Of a DNA stretch of 64,000 nt, positions 60,042 through 64,000 are shown piece after piece (the stretch's first letter is position 1; each line of letters opens with the position of its first letter). The stretch is taken from assembly GCA_965217585.1 (NCBI GenBank), contig OZ244561.1, forward strand, positions 2,816,001-2,880,000. The letters are read 5' to 3'. This stretch comes from Candidatus Latescibacterota bacterium (GTDB lineage Bacteria; Latescibacterota; UBA2968; UBA8231). Position numbers and translations under genes: made by a program. Under the pieces are notes generated by a model. It ran no database searches. It saw only the letters and a list, made by a program, of their open reading frames with translations, and had not been told where the DNA came from.

Positions 60042-62375
60042 ATGCTACGCAATAACCTGATCGTTGCTTGGCGCAATTTGCGCCGCTATCGGATGTACAC
60101 CGCGATCAACGTGGGTGGGCTGGCCGCGGCCTTTGTGGTGGCCATCTTCGTCGGCCTGTACGTGTATAGGGCGCTGACGTGGGACCGCTTCCACGCCAAG
60201 GGCGAGCAGATCTACCAAGTCTGCATGACACATCCGGCCGGGAAAGGGCGGGCCCATACGTCGACGCCGGGAGACCTCGGCCCGGAGATGGTCGCCACAC
60301 TCCCCGCTGTGCTGCGCTCAGTGCGTACGGACGATACGTCCGGGCTGTTGAGCTACGGGGATCAAGTGACCGAGGCGAGGGGACGGTTCGCCGACCCTAA
60401 CTTCTTTGATCTGTTTAGCTTCCCGCTGATCGCGGGCGATCCGGGCACGGCCCTTGACGGGCCGAACTCGATCGTGCTGTCGAGGCGGCTGGCGCAGCGG
60501 CTGTTCGGCTCCGCCGACCCCATGGGCCAGACCCTGCAGTTAGGGGACCGCGGTATCAGCGGAGACTTCGTCGTCTCCGGGATCGCCGCCGACGTGCCGT
60601 ACGAATCCAGCCTGAAGTTCGACTGGGTGATCCCCTTCGTCCAGCGGGAAATCCAGACTGGGGGGCGCGGCGCAGGCGAGACCTACTTACAGATCGCCGA
60701 TGCTGCGGGCGTGGAATCTGCCTTGGCCTTCGATCCGGACCGGTACTGGGAGGATTCTCAACTCGTCATCGTGCCGCTGTTCGACAAGCGGCTACACCCC
60801 CAACTCAGCAGAGGGAGGGGGATGAAGAGCGCGCTCTACAGCTACGGATTCGTCGCCTGCCTCGTGCTGCTGCTAGCGTGCATCAACTACGCCAACTTGG
60901 CCGCGGGCATGTCGCTGATTAGGGCGCACGAAGTGGGTGTGCGCAAGGTGGTCGGTGCCGGACGGGGACAGCTAATGCGCCAGTACTTCGCCGAGTCCCT
61001 GCTGCTCAGCTTCGCCGCCCTAGCGCTCGCCGTGCTGCTGACGGAGACCTTGCTGCCGGGCCTGAATCGTCTGCTGACGTTGCCCGGAGCGTTTGAACAG
61101 CAGCGCCTCGACCTGCAGTACACGCCGTGGACGGTGATGGCCTTGGCCGGATTCGGCGTGGTCATGGGGCTCGTGGCGGGCGCGTACCCGGCGCTGGTGC
61201 AGTCGCGGATGCAGCCGGTCGAGATTATGCAAGACAGACTCCAGGTGCGAAGCCGTGCCAGCCGCATCTTAGTAGTCGTTCAGTTCGTGGCCTCCACGGT
61301 GTTCCTGACCACGGCTCTCGTCATGGATCGGCAGGTTGATCATTGGGAGTCCCTAGATCAGGGCTACGACCCGCAGCTCGTGGTCTGTATCCCGACGTTT
61401 GCGGGCTCCTCGAAAGAGGAAGGCGTGCATGAGTCGCAGCGCTTCCTTGAGATTTTCCGCCAGGAGGTGCTCCCGCTTCCGGGTGTGCTCGCCGTGTCCG
61501 GCTCCAGAGGCTTCCCCGACAAAGTCAGTGACTTTCGCTTCGACGACCGGGAACGGCCGGAGGCCTCGCTGATGGAGGTCGATCCGTACTTCCTGCGCAC
61601 TCTTGGCCTGGAGCTGGTCGAGGGTGAGGACTTCCCCCCGGACCTGCTAGCCAGCGGTCGTGTAGCGCTCGTCAACCAGCATCTAGCGGCCACGCTGGAG
61701 GGACCGGTCGTTGGCTCCTACCTCGAAGGCAGGCACCGGCCGCAGATTATTGGCGTGGTCTCCGACTTCCAGCACGATGATCCCAGCTCTAGGGGCTTCG
61801 TGCCGGAACTCGTGCTCAGCGTCCGACCGGAGTATCGCATTGCGACGGTGCTGGTGCGGGTGCGACCCGAGGGGGTGCCCGAGACACTCGCCGAGCTGCG
61901 CGAGGCTTGGGAACGGCTGTCGCCTGGGGTGCCCTTTACTTATCGCTTTCTCGAAGACCATATCGCCGAGCGCTTCTTTTATCACGCCAGCATCATTAGC
62001 CGGCTGCGCTGGGCGACCGGGTTCCTTGTGCTAATCGCCTGTCTTGGCGTCTTCGGCATGGCCTCCCTCGCCATTAGCCGACGCACCAAGGAGGTGGCCG
62101 TGCGCAAGGTTCTCGGTGCCTCGACGGCGAGCGTGGCCGTGCTGCTATCGTCGCAGTCCACGCGGCTCGTGCTGATCGCCGTGGTCATCGCCATGCCCCT
62201 GACCTACCGGCTCTCGGAGATGTTACTCCGCAGTGAGGTGGACCGCATTGAGCTCGACCTGCTCAGCTACTCGGCTGGTGGCCTGATCGCCCTGGGACTG
62301 ACTTGGCTGGTGTCGGGATATCACGCGGTTCGAGCGGCGCTGGCGAATCCGGTGGACTCGCTGCGCAGCGAGTAG
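60042..62375 (+). CDS. ABC permease MacB/FtsX type (copy 10, close paralog of copy 9)
   Basis: Start MLRNNLIVAWR at 60042; near-identical C-terminus to copy 9. Confidence 0.92.
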   Translation: MLRNNLIVAWRNLRRYRMYTAINVGGLAAAFVVAIFVGLYVYRALTWDRFHAKGEQIYQVCMTHPAGKGRAHTSTPGDLGPEMVATLPAVLRSVRTDDTSGLLSYGDQVTEARGRFADPNFFDLFSFPLIAGDPGTALDGPNSIVLSRRLAQRLFGSADPMGQTLQLGDRGISGDFVVSGIAADVPYESSLKFDWVIPFVQREIQTGGRGAGETYLQIADAAGVESALAFDPDRYWEDSQLVIVPLFDKRLHPQLSRGRGMKSALYSYGFVACLVLLLACINYANLAAGMSLIRAHEVGVRKVVGAGRGQLMRQYFAESLLLSFAALALAVLLTETLLPGLNRLLTLPGAFEQQRLDLQYTPWTVMALAGFGVVMGLVAGAYPALVQSRMQPVEIMQDRLQVRSRASRILVVVQFVASTVFLTTALVMDRQVDHWESLDQGYDPQLVVCIPTFAGSSKEEGVHESQRFLEIFRQEVLPLPGVLAVSGSRGFPDKVSDFRFDDRERPEASLMEVDPYFLRTLGLELVEGEDFPPDLLASGRVALVNQHLAATLEGPVVGSYLEGRHRPQIIGVVSDFQHDDPSSRGFVPELVLSVRPEYRIATVLVRVRPEGVPETLAELREAWERLSPGVPFTYRFLEDHIAERFFYHASIISRLRWATGFLVLIACLGVFGMASLAISRRTKEVAVRKVLGASTASVAVLLSSQSTRLVLIAVVIAMPLTYRLSEMLLRSEVDRIELDLLSYSAGGLIALGLTWLVSGYHAVRAALANPVDSLRSE

Positions 62376-62439
62376 AGACTAATGATCGTTATTTCCCTAC
62401 GAGTCGTATCGATTTAGAGCGAGAAAGAAAATAGAAACC

Positions 62440-64000
62440 ATGCTACGCAATAACCTGACCATCGCTTGGCGCAATTTGATGCGCCACCGTCTGCATACGG
62501 TCATCAACCTCGCCGGGCTGAGCCTAGGTATAGCATTTTGCCTGCTCGCTTGGCGCTTTGCTTCTCAGGAGTGGTCGTTTGATCGCTTCCACAGCAAAGC
62601 GGACCGGATCTATCGCGTTTGCCTCGAGATCATGAGTCCAGAGGGGCAAATGCACACGGCCGACGCGATTGAATTTGCTTTCGCGCCTGAGTTGGAGGCC
62701 CTCTCTCCGCATGTGGAGCGCACGGTACGCCTCAACGCAGCGGAAGGGAGTGCCAGAGATGACCGCGTCGTGCGCACGACCTTTGCGGGTAGCTCGTCCG
62801 ACGAAGAATTCTTGCTCGTCGATCCGGCGTTTTTCGAGGTCTTCGACTTTCCGCTCCTGCTAGGAGACGTCTCCACGGCGTTGGCCGAGCGCAACTCCGT
62901 CGTCCTGAGCTATGAAATGGCTCAACGCCTATTCGGCGACGCCGATCCGCTGGGACAGCACTTGACGATCGCTTCGATGAAAGGGTCTGGTGTCGAGGAC
63001 TTTACCATCACTGGGGTGACCGCGCCGGTTCCGCGCACATCGTCGATTCAGTTCAACATGCTGCTACCGTTTGAGAACACGGAGTTCCTCTTCCGCGAGT
63101 CCTCGGATGCGTGGGAAGGTTCGTGCAATGCCTACGTCCTGCTCGCGCCCGGCGCGGACCCGGCCGACGTAGCACCGGCCTTCGTACAGATCGCGCAGAT
63201 CCTGCTTCAACACTGGGGAGATAAAGCTCCAAAAGGCCTTCCGGAGGATTTCTCTCCGTATCGGTTGCAGCCGCTGACTGATCTGCGCTCGGATACCGGC
63301 CTACTGAGCTTGTACGGGCACGGCGTGGTAGAGCCGAGAGATCCGTATATCTCGTACGTGCTTGTCAGCATGGCCTTGGCGGTCTTGTTAATGGGGAGCA
63401 TCAACTTCGTCAACTTGGCCATTGGCCGGGCCTCGCTGCGGATGGCGGAGGTCGGCGTGCGCAAGACGGTGGGTGCCGGACATGGCCAGTTGATGCGCCA
63501 GTTCATCGTCGAGGCGGCGGTACTCTCTGTTCTCGGGTTGGGTGCTGGGTGTGCCTTGGCAGAGCTGCTACTGCCAGCGTTCAATGCCATCTTCTCGCAG
63601 GAGCTTTCGCTTGGTCTGAGTGAGCCGAGTATGCTGGGTGCATTAGTGGTGTTGCTGCTGCTCGTCAGCCTAGGTGCCGGTTGGTATCCGGCGCTTGTGC
63701 TCTCCCGTCTGACGCCCCTGAGTGCGATTCGGCGCAGCGTGTCCATGACCGGAATCACTCGGCTTAGTCGTGTACTCGTGGGTGTGCAGTTGGCCATTTC
63801 TGTAGGATTGATCACCTGCACGCTGGTCATGTATCACCAGTTAGAGCACTTAATGACTCGGCACGGGTTCGATCAGGGGCGCATCATCGCGGTGAATACG
63901 GACCCTGTCAGCGGTATGGATGATCTGAATCTCCTTGTGGAGACCTTTCTGCAGCACAGTCGCCTCGCCTCGATCACCCTGCTGGATGAAGATTATGAAG
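62440..64000 (+). CDS. ABC permease MacB/FtsX type (copy 11), runs off the window
   Basis: Hand translation MLRNNLTIAWRNLMRHRLHTVINLAGLSLGIAFC...SFDRFHSKADRIYR...INFVNLAIGRASLRMAEVGVRK. Confidence 0.88.
   Translation, partial: MLRNNLTIAWRNLMRHRLHTVINLAGLSLGIAFCLLAWRFASQEWSFDRFHSKADRIYRVCLEIMSPEGQMHTADAIEFAFAPELEALSPHVERTVRLNAAEGSARDDRVVRTTFAGSSSDEEFLLVDPAFFEVFDFPLLLGDVSTALAERNSVVLSYEMAQRLFGDADPLGQHLTIASMKGSGVEDFTITGVTAPVPRTSSIQFNMLLPFENTEFLFRESSDAWEGSCNAYVLLAPGADPADVAPAFVQIAQILLQHWGDKAPKGLPEDFSPYRLQPLTDLRSDTGLLSLYGHGVVEPRDPYISYVLVSMALAVLLMGSINFVNLAIGRASLRMAEVGVRKTVGAGHGQLMRQFIVEAAVLSVLGLGAGCALAELLLPAFNAIFSQELSLGLSEPSMLGALVVLLLLVSLGAGWYPALVLSRLTPLSAIRRSVSMTGITRLSRVLVGVQLAISVGLITCTLVMYHQLEHLMTRHGFDQGRIIAVNTDPVSGMDDLNLLVETFLQHSRLASITLLDEDYE

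Overview
GC-rich bacterial chromosomal window. The multiple PhyH dioxygenases, many TA modules and an expanded MacB/FtsX permease family would fit a Latescibacterota/Gemmatimonadota-like organism, but this is inference only. (1) 1-5 kb: metabolic genes (PhyH x2, SDR, malate synthase G, cupin). (2) 5.1-16.9 kb: a minus-strand defence island. It holds a type I RM operon with a PtuAB/Septu-like ATPase-HNH pair between hsdS and hsdR, an HsdR fused to a LexA-like S24 domain, a Doc TA pair, decayed genes, and a DIP1984-like coiled-coil gene followed directly by an unannotated ~435-nt structured RNA with repeated UCAGC motifs. (3) aspS, preceded by an unannotated Asn-rich leader peptide and a full transcription-attenuator architecture. 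(4) 19-27 kb: TA modules, PhyH, an amidohydrolase, one decayed and one intact TonB-dependent receptor. (5) 27-64 kb: a histidine kinase and sigma54 regulator divergent from a sigma54 promoter and a >33-kb export operon with 11 MacB/FtsX permeases, 2 ATPases, an MFP, 2 DUF4097-like repeat proteins and an Omp85-like barrel. Many cassettes are bounded by 20-55 bp degenerate direct repeats. The best novel candidates are the DIP1984-like protein plus large ncRNA and the Asn-codon attenuator of aspS. All family assignments come from motif recognition by eye; no database search was run.
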